From positions 1,600,001 through 1,664,000 of the forward strand of contig OZ242220.1 in NCBI GenBank assembly GCA_965206745.1: a DNA stretch of 64,000 nucleotides, given 5' to 3'. Positions within the stretch are counted from its first letter, which is position 1; the number at the start of each line of letters is the position of its first letter. The translations under genes were made by a program, and so were the position numbers. The stretch is from Nitrosopumilus sp. (GTDB lineage: Archaea; Thermoproteota; Nitrososphaeria; Nitrososphaerales; Nitrosopumilaceae). This document shows positions 41,572-51,274 of the stretch, piece after piece. The notes below the pieces were generated by a model. It searched no databases and was not told where the DNA came from. It saw only the letters and a program-made list of their open reading frames with translations.

Positions 41572-41951
41572 ACGCATGATACCCTGCAGTCCCGGCAGGC
41601 ACGGCCGCTGCGTGGCTCTCAAATAGTATGAAAAACACCACAAAGTGTGAAGACTGGGAGGACCTGCAAGGGAGTATGCAAAAAGTACGAGGTAAAAAAG
41701 CCCACCGGGGCAGGAAGATACGTCTCAGGGCAGGTGCCAGATCTGCGAGATATGGATCGACCACAGGGGATGCCACATCAGTGACGGCTCTCCTGCAGGT
41801 GCCGATGACCGCGGTTGGTTCTGCAACTGCTGCAACTATAGGATAAGAATGACGCCGCGCAACAGGGTGTACAAGGAGAAGCTGAGGAGGAGCCAGGATG
41901 AAGCCGGGGTGTGATGTGAGGTTATGCAGCTCTTTGTGGGTTTGTGGTAGT
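41572..41951 (+). repeat. ~380-bp direct repeat, copy 2
   Basis: Offset to copy 1 shifts from 6245 to 6240, consistent with a 5-bp deletion. Confidence 0.9.
41647..41914 (+). pseudogene. Frameshifted copy of the Zn-finger gene at 35402
   Basis: tcagggcagggcaggtg has become tcagggcaggtg (loss of one 5-nt unit). Confidence 0.8.
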
Positions 41952-42093
41952 GAAATGTATCCCTAGACTTTACAGGGCCAATTATAACGATAAAAGACAC
42001 TAAAATTATGTTTGTCAAGAGGGCATTTGCAGAAACTCTCGCCATCAAACATTATTTAGAAAAACAGATATCACGCTAAAATATGAAATTCAT

Positions 42094-43380
42094 ATGAGAT
42101 ATGAGAGTTTAAATGATCCACGATCTGAATTTCTTAAACAAGTTCAAAAAACATCTAATTGGTTTAAGAATGTTGAAATTTCTTTAGTGATTGTAAAAGA
42201 AGAAGGAAAGAATTTGTTAGTTGCAGGTAATGCGATCTTTGTTCACAAAAATGATGAAAACAGAAAAGAGATAACATATGACTATGACCGAGTAGTTTTA
42301 GCTAGAAGAATTTTGGAGATTGATGAATTCATCAAGTTATTTCCATCTAAACCTTCAAACACATTAGACATCAAAGATCTAGAGGCTATTTTTCTTGGAA
42401 CAGGTTTTGACCATGGCGTTTATCACATTCCCAGCAATTCTAAAGGATTTGATATGTTATTTGATTGGTCATCTAGAGTGTATCTATATGTGAGTGATCA
42501 AAGCACTTCCTATGATAGCGGATGGGATTTTCTTGTCAAACCTAACTGTCCCCCATTTCCTAATTTGAATGACGCAATAGATTCATTCTTAGATAAAGAG
42601 CATGCCCTTAGAGATCATCGTATTGATGGTCTAAAAATTATTTTGCCTGATTATCATGCACGTATCAAAGATATCGTAATATCTGATAACAGTATTTCAG
42701 TTGAAATAGAATCTAGAGAAATTAATCAAGATCAACTAATTTTTAAAATAAATGCCAAATATGGCCAAAAGCAATTTTTGTCTGAGGATATTTACATAGA
42801 TCAAAAGATCATTTACGTAAAAATCCCATTTAAACCTGAAACCATGTACTTATTTTTGATTGACAAGACTAATGGCAGTCTTTTTGATTTTGTAGAGTAT
42901 GGAAATTACACTACAGATCGTGTTAAACATATCACAATCAAAACATCCTCTGAATTAATTGAATCTTTGATTACCAAGGGAGAGAACAAAAATATTGAGT
43001 TAAAACGTAAAATAGGTTCTGAATTCTTAGAATCTGTAGGGGCTTTTGCAAATACTGAAGGTGGAAAAATTATTCTAGGCGTGGATGATCGTCAAAATAT
43101 TGTTGGGATTCATGATGATTTCTCAAAGTTGGAAAAACAAATTCGAGGTACAATTAATGGTAGAATTCAACCTCAAATAGAGGTGAATGTTGAGTTAATT
43201 GAAATTCGTCAAAGTCCTGTTGTGGTTGTTACCGTTCCTAATGGTAAGAACAAACCTTACTTGTTAGATGGAGTTGCATATATCCGAAATGACGAAGCAG
43301 ATGTGGCAATGGGTAGATCTGAATTAGATGCAATATACCATTCTAGATATTCTGTGAATAGAGACTCTGATCAAGATTAG
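42094..43380 (+). CDS. Protein with C-terminal Schlafen/AlbA_2 domain
   Basis: GENKNIELKR..VGAFANTEGGKIILGVDD..KPY..YIR. Confidence 0.8.
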   Translation: MRYESLNDPRSEFLKQVQKTSNWFKNVEISLVIVKEEGKNLLVAGNAIFVHKNDENRKEITYDYDRVVLARRILEIDEFIKLFPSKPSNTLDIKDLEAIFLGTGFDHGVYHIPSNSKGFDMLFDWSSRVYLYVSDQSTSYDSGWDFLVKPNCPPFPNLNDAIDSFLDKEHALRDHRIDGLKIILPDYHARIKDIVISDNSISVEIESREINQDQLIFKINAKYGQKQFLSEDIYIDQKIIYVKIPFKPETMYLFLIDKTNGSLFDFVEYGNYTTDRVKHITIKTSSELIESLITKGENKNIELKRKIGSEFLESVGAFANTEGGKIILGVDDRQNIVGIHDDFSKLEKQIRGTINGRIQPQIEVNVELIEIRQSPVVVVTVPNGKNKPYLLDGVAYIRNDEADVAMGRSELDAIYHSRYSVNRDSDQD

Positions 43381-43509
43381 TGATCTCGATAAAATTTTAT
43401 TATCTTTTTTAACATGTTGAATGCGATTTGATTTTATGATATTTTAGCTGACCTTTTGTATACAATTCATAAAACGTGGGTATTGTCAAATCTTCGGAGG
43501 TTAGTCGTT

Positions 43510-43540
43510 AAATATGGATCTTGTTCCGATTCAAATCCTC
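43510..43540 (+). repeat. Motif A copy
   Basis: aaatatggatcttgttccgattcaaa. Confidence 0.7.
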
Positions 43541-43701
43541 CATTTGGATCTAGATATGTCTAATCACACAATTCCAGAAATATCTCAAATTATAAAGTGA
43601 GAAATTATACGGATGCCATATTCAGGATCTGAAAAGGAGGTCAAGTAAGAAATGATGGTTGGTTTTTCCTCCTTATTTTGATCGGTTCTGTTAAATTATG
43701 A

Positions 43702-43959
43702 TTAGGGCTTGCATTTTATACAGGATTGAGCCTCGGGATAGTCTTGTTTGATGCAGGATAGTTGGGATTTTGTATATAATTTATAATCTGAATGAAGAGG
43801 AGAATCTTCTTTTTGTTCCATCATTGGAAGTTGGAAAGAACAACAACTAGTTTTATGAAATCTGTTTTTTGATGATGCTGGTCCTCTCACGACTGCCACA
43901 TAACCATCGACATTATTCTTGATAAAATATCTCAATTCTTCATGCGTTGTTTTATCCAT
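43702..43959 (-). CDS. Small Zn-binding protein (Ada-like H-x3-C...CxxCxP)
   Basis: RFHKTSC...CIKCKP. Confidence 0.55.
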   Translation of the reverse strand: MDKTTHEELRYFIKNNVDGYVAVVRGPASSKNRFHKTSCCSFQLPMMEQKEDSPLHSDYKLYTKSQLSCIKQDYPEAQSCIKCKP

Positions 43960-44009
43960 AATTATTTATCTTTTCATGATTGATTTAACCATTTTGTTGG
44001 TTGATTCTA

Positions 44010-44066
44010 TGTAGTCTTGGGGACCTGAAATACTGATCTTATTCCGGTTCAAAAAACCCCTCTGGT
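44010..44066 (+). repeat. Leader + motif A copy
   Basis: tgtagtcttggggacctgaaatactgatcttattccggttcaaaaaacccc. Confidence 0.75.
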
Positions 44067-44141
44067 AAAGTTGGAACATTTAGAACAATACAGATTGGTG
44101 TGTGGAGATGGTTGATTACAATCATGATATTAGATTTTTAA

Positions 44142-46736
44142 TCAAGATTCATCGAGAATTAAATCCAATTCCACATGTAGTGAAGTAGGTAGCCATTCCA
44201 ACACATTTGATTTGTTTTTACGTATCCATGCAATACAATCATCAACATTTGAAATTTCCGGCTCCATTTTTGTATAAAGATAAAGTGCACTAGTTCGAGT
44301 AAAACCTGCATCTATCAATAAAAATATCCTAGGATCCCAAGCACCTGCTTCTAGATATTCAGGTAAATTAACACAGAAAGGTTCATCAGAATTATTTTCA
44401 TTTAAAATCTGTCCAACTATATCACAATAGCATTGTAAGGCTCGTGTATATTCAAATTTAATTTCAGTTTCAATATCATCATCAAGCTCATCAATCACTC
44501 TATTGATAAATGCTTTATCTTTTTCCTCATTCTTACGTAGACTTAGTTCAATTTTTTTAGCAAGTAATTGTTTGTATGGATATCCCTTAATCCAGTTAAC
44601 GGCAAGAGTACCAAAATAAATATAACTTTTATTAGATTTATGGAAAATAATTCGTGAAATAATTTCAAAAATTTGTAAAAGATTGTTGTAAAAATTTTTA
44701 CGATCATCTGGAAATGGTGGTAAAATTAAATTCTTTGGTGTTTTTAAAAATTTGTAAAGGTGATGCTGGAATCTAGGATCAATGCCTCTATTTTTAAGAA
44801 TAACGCTACGATTCAGATCTTTAATTGATGTTGAAATTTCTTGTAAATGAGTTATTATCTGTCCTTTTATTTCAGGATCTAATGATTTACATTTAGTATT
44901 CAAATAACCATCGATATCTAGAACCTGAAAATATTTTGTCATTAAATTTATTGCAACACTTTTTGTACCTTGATTTAAATTATTAGTAGTAAGAGAATTT
45001 TTTAGATATTCTAGAACGTCTGCTGTATTTTTAGAAAGAATTTTTTCAGTTGCACTTTTAATAGGTTCAATTTCAATTTCTGGATCAAATGGATCACTTT
45101 CAAACCATTCTTCTCTATCGATGCAGTAAATGTCTCCATAGTAATCTTTCAAAAGTCTACCTGCACGACCTGCTATATTATTCAAACTGGTTTTATCCAT
45201 ATTTAGTGTCTTGCCTAATTTTGGATTAAACAACACGACATTTTTTGCAGGTAAATTAACTCCTTCTATCAGTGTACTGGTACAACATAATGTGTCGATT
45301 TGTTTATTTTCGTAAAGATCTTTTACAACCAGTCTTACAAAATGAGGCATTTTACCATAATGATATCCTATTCCTGCGTCAAGATGATCTAGTAAATAAT
45401 ATTCAGAATGTACGTGTGTTTTAATAAAATCTATTGATTCTTTTAATTTATCAGACAATTCTGATCTTTCAGAATATTTAGAAATATACTTACAAACTGT
45501 TCTGCAATCACTCCTAGTATTACAATATACTAATGTTGGATCTTTACGTTGAATAATGTCAGTTACAACCAATGCTTTTTTAACCGACATTGTCTTTATT
45601 TCTACATTTTTCTCTATTTTTTTATCATATAATGGAATATTTTTATTAAATTCATACGAGAATAAAGAAAGATTCATTCGTTTTGGTTTTTTTGAAAATA
45701 TAACATCAAAGAAATTTTGACCTACGGGTGTTTTTGTTGTTTTGAATGTATTTATTCTATCATTAATATTGAAAATTTGTTTAAATCTATTTGGATCTGC
45801 ATTAGGAGAAATGAAGATTTTTTGCATTGCTGGATTTGACGACATCAAATCATACACTGCATCTTCTATTATTACTCCTCTATCATATTCACTTACTTTT
45901 TGTGCTTCATCGACGACTAATAATTGCACTTGTATTTCATACTCATTTGCAACCATTTGTTGTAATCTTTCTTGTGTCATAACAAAGATTTTTTTCTCAA
46001 CTTTAATTATTTTATCTATATTCATATTATTAACTGAATTAAAAATTAATATCTTTTTTGTAACATCTTCATAATTTTTTAAATTTTGTTTTAGGCTATC
46101 TTGAACTTCTTTAATCAATGATTTAGTAGGTGCAATGTAAACTGCACAATAGGTATCATTATGTTGAAGTTGTTCTGTAATAAATTTATGTACAATGAAA
46201 GATTTTCCAGCAGAAGTAGGAGCAGAAAAAGAAACATTCAGTTTCTTTTTAAGATTCAGTAAAATCTTACTCTGAAAATCGGTTAAATTATATTTTATGT
46301 TGCCAATTTCCTCTTGGTTGAAGATTTTTGATGAAATGATTTCTGGTAATTGCATATCATTTCCTTTTAACTCTACTGGAGAATCAAGAAAAGAAAAATA
46401 ATCTTTAGAATCTTCACTGTTGATCATATATTGTATGGTTGGAAGATCTCCTAATCGTGCCAAAATAATCTGGGCAAGATAAGGCAAGAATTCATATTTG
46501 TTTTTAAGAGTTTCTAAAAGAAAAATAGTGATTTTAAAGGCGATTTTTTGAAATTTTGCATTATTTTGATTTAAAGCCAAAACTGATGCAGATTCTACGA
46601 GTCGTTTGATTTGCTCTCGGGTAAGAGATTCGTTAGAGTTTGTAAATTTTGATAGTATTAGATCTCGATAATCTTTTTGAAAATCACTATTCTGATATAT
46701 GTTATCAGTAATAGCTGATACAAGTTTGCTAGTCAT
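44142..46736 (-). CDS. hamB: Hachiman HamB, Ski2-like SF2 helicase
   Basis: SAPTSAGKS, VVDEAQ, TQER, TSTLIEGVNLP, AGRAGR; overlaps a DUF1837-type gene. Confidence 0.85.
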   Translation of the reverse strand: MTSKLVSAITDNIYQNSDFQKDYRDLILSKFTNSNESLTREQIKRLVESASVLALNQNNAKFQKIAFKITIFLLETLKNKYEFLPYLAQIILARLGDLPTIQYMINSEDSKDYFSFLDSPVELKGNDMQLPEIISSKIFNQEEIGNIKYNLTDFQSKILLNLKKKLNVSFSAPTSAGKSFIVHKFITEQLQHNDTYCAVYIAPTKSLIKEVQDSLKQNLKNYEDVTKKILIFNSVNNMNIDKIIKVEKKIFVMTQERLQQMVANEYEIQVQLLVVDEAQKVSEYDRGVIIEDAVYDLMSSNPAMQKIFISPNADPNRFKQIFNINDRINTFKTTKTPVGQNFFDVIFSKKPKRMNLSLFSYEFNKNIPLYDKKIEKNVEIKTMSVKKALVVTDIIQRKDPTLVYCNTRSDCRTVCKYISKYSERSELSDKLKESIDFIKTHVHSEYYLLDHLDAGIGYHYGKMPHFVRLVVKDLYENKQIDTLCCTSTLIEGVNLPAKNVVLFNPKLGKTLNMDKTSLNNIAGRAGRLLKDYYGDIYCIDREEWFESDPFDPEIEIEPIKSATEKILSKNTADVLEYLKNSLTTNNLNQGTKSVAINLMTKYFQVLDIDGYLNTKCKSLDPEIKGQIITHLQEISTSIKDLNRSVILKNRGIDPRFQHHLYKFLKTPKNLILPPFPDDRKNFYNNLLQIFEIISRIIFHKSNKSYIYFGTLAVNWIKGYPYKQLLAKKIELSLRKNEEKDKAFINRVIDELDDDIETEIKFEYTRALQCYCDIVGQILNENNSDEPFCVNLPEYLEAGAWDPRIFLLIDAGFTRTSALYLYTKMEPEISNVDDCIAWIRKNKSNVLEWLPTSLHVELDLILDES

Positions 46737-47656
46737 GTTTCTAATTCCTCTAAGAATTTTTTTCTAAATTTATCTACACTTTTGAACGGCAGTATGTAAA
46801 AAGTTGTTGTTCTATTACGATCATCAGTTAAATTATTTTGAATAGATTCAGACACTGTCTTAAACAATCTATCATGTTCTTTTTGATATTCAGTTTGTAA
46901 ATAATTTCTAAGAGATGATTCAGATGCTGGTTTTTGTTTTCCCATTAAAGATTCATCATAACCAATAAACACTGCATTGGTTTTTGATAAATTACGTTTA
47001 TCTGAATATGGTGATAAAAGTTTAACAAGTTTCTCTGCGTATTCATCATATCTACTATTATCAATATGGCTTGAGACCAAATCAATTTCAAATTTTTCTT
47101 TTTTATGATCAAAATTTTTTATATCTTTAACTGCAGCATTCACTCCCGAAGAAAAATCCTTATGCATTTTAGATTGACCGTAATGTAGAATTATGCCATT
47201 ATCTACTTGAATATGAATTGCATCTAACCCATGAACATGCATTTGACTACTAGATTTGAGATTCATTTTATTCAAAAGTTGGAATATGCTTTTAGATTCA
47301 AGAATTAAAAAAAGAATTAATTCACCAGCTTCACCTGTTGTTTTATTTTTCACAAATTTACTTTTTGTTTTTTTCACAATATCAAACATTTTTGATGCTT
47401 GTTCTTCGGCAGTTAATCCTTCTAGAATGTATTCTTTTCTTTGTAAAACATAATTAATGCTTTTACTAGTAATAAATTCTATAAACTCTTCTTCACGAAT
47501 TTCACTCACTGTAGATTCAATTAGAAAAAATTCACAATTCAATTTCTGTTTAGATTTTGAATTTGGAAAAGAATACAAGATATTATCTAAAGTTGATTCA
47601 TTAATTGATCGTCTATTCTCCATAAATTTTTTGAATTCTGATTCATTTAGTGGCAA
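46733..47656 (-). CDS. hamA: Hachiman HamA (DUF1837) nuclease
   Basis: GEAGELILFLILE, KMNLK..VHGLDAIH, GQSK, VFIGYD, LPF. Confidence 0.85.
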   Translation of the reverse strand: MPLNESEFKKFMENRRSINESTLDNILYSFPNSKSKQKLNCEFFLIESTVSEIREEEFIEFITSKSINYVLQRKEYILEGLTAEEQASKMFDIVKKTKSKFVKNKTTGEAGELILFLILESKSIFQLLNKMNLKSSSQMHVHGLDAIHIQVDNGIILHYGQSKMHKDFSSGVNAAVKDIKNFDHKKEKFEIDLVSSHIDNSRYDEYAEKLVKLLSPYSDKRNLSKTNAVFIGYDESLMGKQKPASESSLRNYLQTEYQKEHDRLFKTVSESIQNNLTDDRNRTTTFYILPFKSVDKFRKKFLEELET

Positions 47657-48779
47657 CGAATAATCTAATGATCAATTATATTTAAAACCGTTTATGAATA
47701 TTCAGAAATTCTGATTGTATTTTCAAAATAACTGAAAAAATCTAATTTTTCAGATATTTGGATCTATTAAGAAGGAATATTCTATCATGCCAAGATATCA
47801 TGCCAAAAACACGACAAAACACTCCAAAATAACCACAGCATTGGCAAATTCAACTTTTCCATGATTGTATAGAAAAGGTCAACATTCCAATCTCAAAGAG
47901 ATACAGCTCAAAATATGGCCTAGTGCATACCGTATCACTATTACTTGTTATGTGCAAAAAACACTGCACTGTCAAATCCTCATATATTGGACATCAAATA
48001 CATGATCTTATTCCACCTCCAAAAAACCCCCCAGGCCCCCGACATCTATCAAACACACCCATTCATCGGACTGTCAATCTGATATTCCCACAGAAAGTTT
48101 GGGCAGGTATCCCCCCCAAACATCATATCGCAGGGTACAGGGGATACACCTGTGCAGGTTTGCCCCTTGGGCCCGCAGTTATCCTATCCCCCATATAGGG
48201 TATTTACAGTCAGGAGGACAGCAAGGGATGCCAGTAGGGTCTGCAGTCATCTCAGGGTAATCCTCAAGGGTACTATTGGCCGCATGTATGCAAGCCGGGG
48301 ATCAAAGCATGCCCTCTCCCTATCCCCCCAGGTCACAGAAGAGCCGGAGATTGTAAAGATCATAGAGAGGCACTTTGAGGGACGCCAGGGGTTTTCACTA
48401 TCTGCAGGGATTTGCAGGGACAGGGGTGCAAGGGCCTGAAAGGGTCAGAATATGCATAGAGGGGCCCCCACCCCCCACAGATGACAGGGAGGCAGGGCTT
48501 GCAGAACGTCATGTGACAGTTTCAGAGGCGGTAGGGGGGTATAGGGCTTTGGTGTGTAGGGGAACAGGTGAAACTGGGAATCTAAAAGCTGTTTCTTTGA
48601 TTGTATGGGGTTTAGAGGGATATCCCAAAGGTATGCCCTGGCCTGTAGTATCCCAATTTACAGGCGTAAATTTGTCAAATCCTGACTAGATATCAGATAA
48701 TCCTTGCCAAATTCTGCAATATCTGGAAAAATCCCGATCTCTTATGAAGGTTATATTGTCGTGCATACAGGCTTTTGTA

Positions 48780-49745
48780 ATGCCCAAAGATTATCTGCAG
48801 ATGTTCAATCGCTTCTTCAGCAAGGAGGGAAGAATGTCAAGCACATACAAGCCGGTATTCTTACGGGCCATTTTGGACATTGGGGATCTACACGACTCTG
48901 AAACAAAGCAAGGGTTGGTCGGAGGGCAGTGGTTGGAACGCAAAGATGGCAAAATCTTGGTGGATCTGAATTTTATTGCGATACGTTTTGCAAAATATTA
49001 CTGGGATATGGAGTATAGCTTTCATCTCAGACAATCCCAAGATCCGCAAGATGCAAACATTACCAGATTCATAAAAGAAATTCATGATCCCCAAAAGAAA
49101 CCGCCCACCATAAAGGAACTGTCATCTGATGAGATGGAGCATTTTAGAAACAAGGTAATTGCCAAGAGCATCAGGCCAGAGGTTCTGGTGTGGCTGCTTA
49201 CCGACATGGATGGGTTTTATAAAAAAATAGATTCAAAGATAATATCACTTGATGAGGATGTTATCGAATTTCTGCATATGCATAAGAGTATTCTCAAAAA
49301 AGGATTGAATAATTCCCTTGCAAAATACCTTGAAAAATTGAATCGCATGACGCCACAAATTGCAAACAAGATAGACAATGGGCTTAAAAATCGTACAATT
49401 TTAAAAACAGAGATACAGCTTTGGCTGAACAAACAGCAGGATTCCAAGTGTTTTTATTGCAAAAATAAACTTGATCGTCCACATGTTGATCATGTGATAC
49501 CATACAACTATGTTTTTTCAACTGACCCGTACAACTGTGCACTGACATGCCAGCAATGCAATTGCACAAAATCAGACATGTTGCCACACAAGGATTTATT
49601 CGACAACATAATAGAACGTAACAGGGAGATCACGGACTACCTGAAAAAGATAAACTCACAGTATGATGAGAAGTCATATCTGCGACTTTTTGATACGTGT
49701 GCAGAAGAATACAATGCTGGAAGATATTTTAGTCCGGATATCTAA
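48780..49745 (+). CDS. McrA-like HNH endonuclease with helical N-terminal domain
   Basis: CFYC..HVDHVIP..NCALTCQQCNCTKS; N-terminal STYKPVFLRAILD..YYW. Confidence 0.8.
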   Translation: MPKDYLQMFNRFFSKEGRMSSTYKPVFLRAILDIGDLHDSETKQGLVGGQWLERKDGKILVDLNFIAIRFAKYYWDMEYSFHLRQSQDPQDANITRFIKEIHDPQKKPPTIKELSSDEMEHFRNKVIAKSIRPEVLVWLLTDMDGFYKKIDSKIISLDEDVIEFLHMHKSILKKGLNNSLAKYLEKLNRMTPQIANKIDNGLKNRTILKTEIQLWLNKQQDSKCFYCKNKLDRPHVDHVIPYNYVFSTDPYNCALTCQQCNCTKSDMLPHKDLFDNIIERNREITDYLKKINSQYDEKSYLRLFDTCAEEYNAGRYFSPDI

Positions 49746-49766
49746 TAATTGATGAAAAATTTCAGA

Positions 49767-50036
49767 TTAATCTCTGGTTTTTGATATTATCAGGCCCAAT
49801 GCTATTGCTAAACCACCACCAATAATAACGCCTTTGCCCAAATCACTCTTCCACACATGTTTGACCAGTTCAGGGATGGATTCGTGTGGATCATTTTCAT
49901 CATAATGTGTTGAGCAGTTACCAGTTACAGGATCACACTCTGCATGCCAGTGCCCATTACGAAAATGGATTTTGTCTAATTTTTCACCTAATGATGGCTT
50001 CCAGTCTGGGTCTGCCTGATAGTCGTGAATACTCAT
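49767..50036 (-). CDS. Small His-rich protein with C-terminal TM helix
   Basis: HFR..HWH..HYDENDP..KH then GVIIGGGLAIALGLII. Confidence 0.6.
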   Translation of the reverse strand: MSIHDYQADPDWKPSLGEKLDKIHFRNGHWHAECDPVTGNCSTHYDENDPHESIPELVKHVWKSDLGKGVIIGGGLAIALGLIISKTRD

Positions 50037-50251
50037 ACTATCAAAATATGACTACTAGTATTTAATGATCAATGAAAAATTCCTTGTACAGTATCAGAGC
50101 AGATCATCATATTCGACCATAACTATAACAGTAAACCTCAAGTAGGTTTGTTATACCCATAACAATTTATACAAATATATTATCAATTAATTGAAATGTG
50201 CATTTTTTTCTCAAAAATAGACTTCCAAATTAGCCTCAAAATGGAGAAAAA

Positions 50252-51274
50252 ATGGTAATCAACACCCATACGTTTGAGGCAATTCGTGGAAGACAGGCAG
50301 GTAGTGATTTCTACATTGCCATGTGTACGTTAAAGTCTGTGGCAAAGATGTTTACATTCAAGGATGCAGATATTCCAGCAGAACAGAGAGCTCAGAGAAT
50401 ACTTCGTAAATCTAGGATTCCAAGGATACGTGATTACATTTTACAAAATTCAGAGGATTACACTTTTTCATCAATTACCGTATCAGTGGATGGAAAGATA
50501 ACATTCAAGCCAACTTCAGCGAAGAAAGATCTTGGGGAGATTTCAATATCTCAGGAGGCAGCAATTCTAATCAATGACGGGCAGCACCGTGCAGCCGCAA
50601 TAAAAGAGGCCATAGTAGAAAATCCGGAACTTGGCAAAGACAAGATATCAGTGGTATTTTTTGAGGACTTAAAACTCGAAAAGAGTCAGCAAATGTTTGC
50701 TGATTTGAACAAGCATGCAGTAAAACCTACAAAGTCACTTGGGATACTATATGACAGACGAAATGACTTTGCAACATTTGTAGTAGACATGATAAAAAAT
50801 GTCAAGGTATTTCACAACAGGATTGAGATGGAAAAGACCAGCATATCCAATCGATCTACAAAATTCTTTACACTCAGTGGATTGGAACTTGCAACAAAGA
50901 ATCTTCTTGGCAAAGACAAGAATCTAAGAAAGGAAGAAAAGGAACTGGTGGTTAGTTTCTGGAATATTGTTGCAAAAAATATTCCAGAATGGGTTTTACT
51001 GATGGATAAGAAGGTGACTCCAGCTGAATTGAGAGGTGACTTTGTCCATGCAAATACAAATATGCTTGAATCAATAGCACTTGCAGGAAGACATCTGATA
51101 AAGAATCATCCAAAAGAATGGAAGCGGAAATTATCCGGATTGCAGAAAATAGACTGGGGCAGGACAAATCCAGAATGGGATGGCAAAATAATCATTCGTG
51201 GCAAGATGACTAAAACCAAGGCAGGGATGAACAAAGCTGCCAAAATTCTGATAAAATACTGTGGAGGCACATGA
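50252..51274 (+). CDS. dndB: DNA sulfur modification protein DndB
   Basis: AIRGRQAG, RAQR, INDGQHR, QQMFADLN. Confidence 0.92.
   Translation: MVINTHTFEAIRGRQAGSDFYIAMCTLKSVAKMFTFKDADIPAEQRAQRILRKSRIPRIRDYILQNSEDYTFSSITVSVDGKITFKPTSAKKDLGEISISQEAAILINDGQHRAAAIKEAIVENPELGKDKISVVFFEDLKLEKSQQMFADLNKHAVKPTKSLGILYDRRNDFATFVVDMIKNVKVFHNRIEMEKTSISNRSTKFFTLSGLELATKNLLGKDKNLRKEEKELVVSFWNIVAKNIPEWVLLMDKKVTPAELRGDFVHANTNMLESIALAGRHLIKNHPKEWKRKLSGLQKIDWGRTNPEWDGKIIIRGKMTKTKAGMNKAAKILIKYCGGT

Noticed and set aside
41564-42048. Short ORFs over repeat copy 2
   Set aside because: Shadow frames of the frameshifted Zn-finger duplicate
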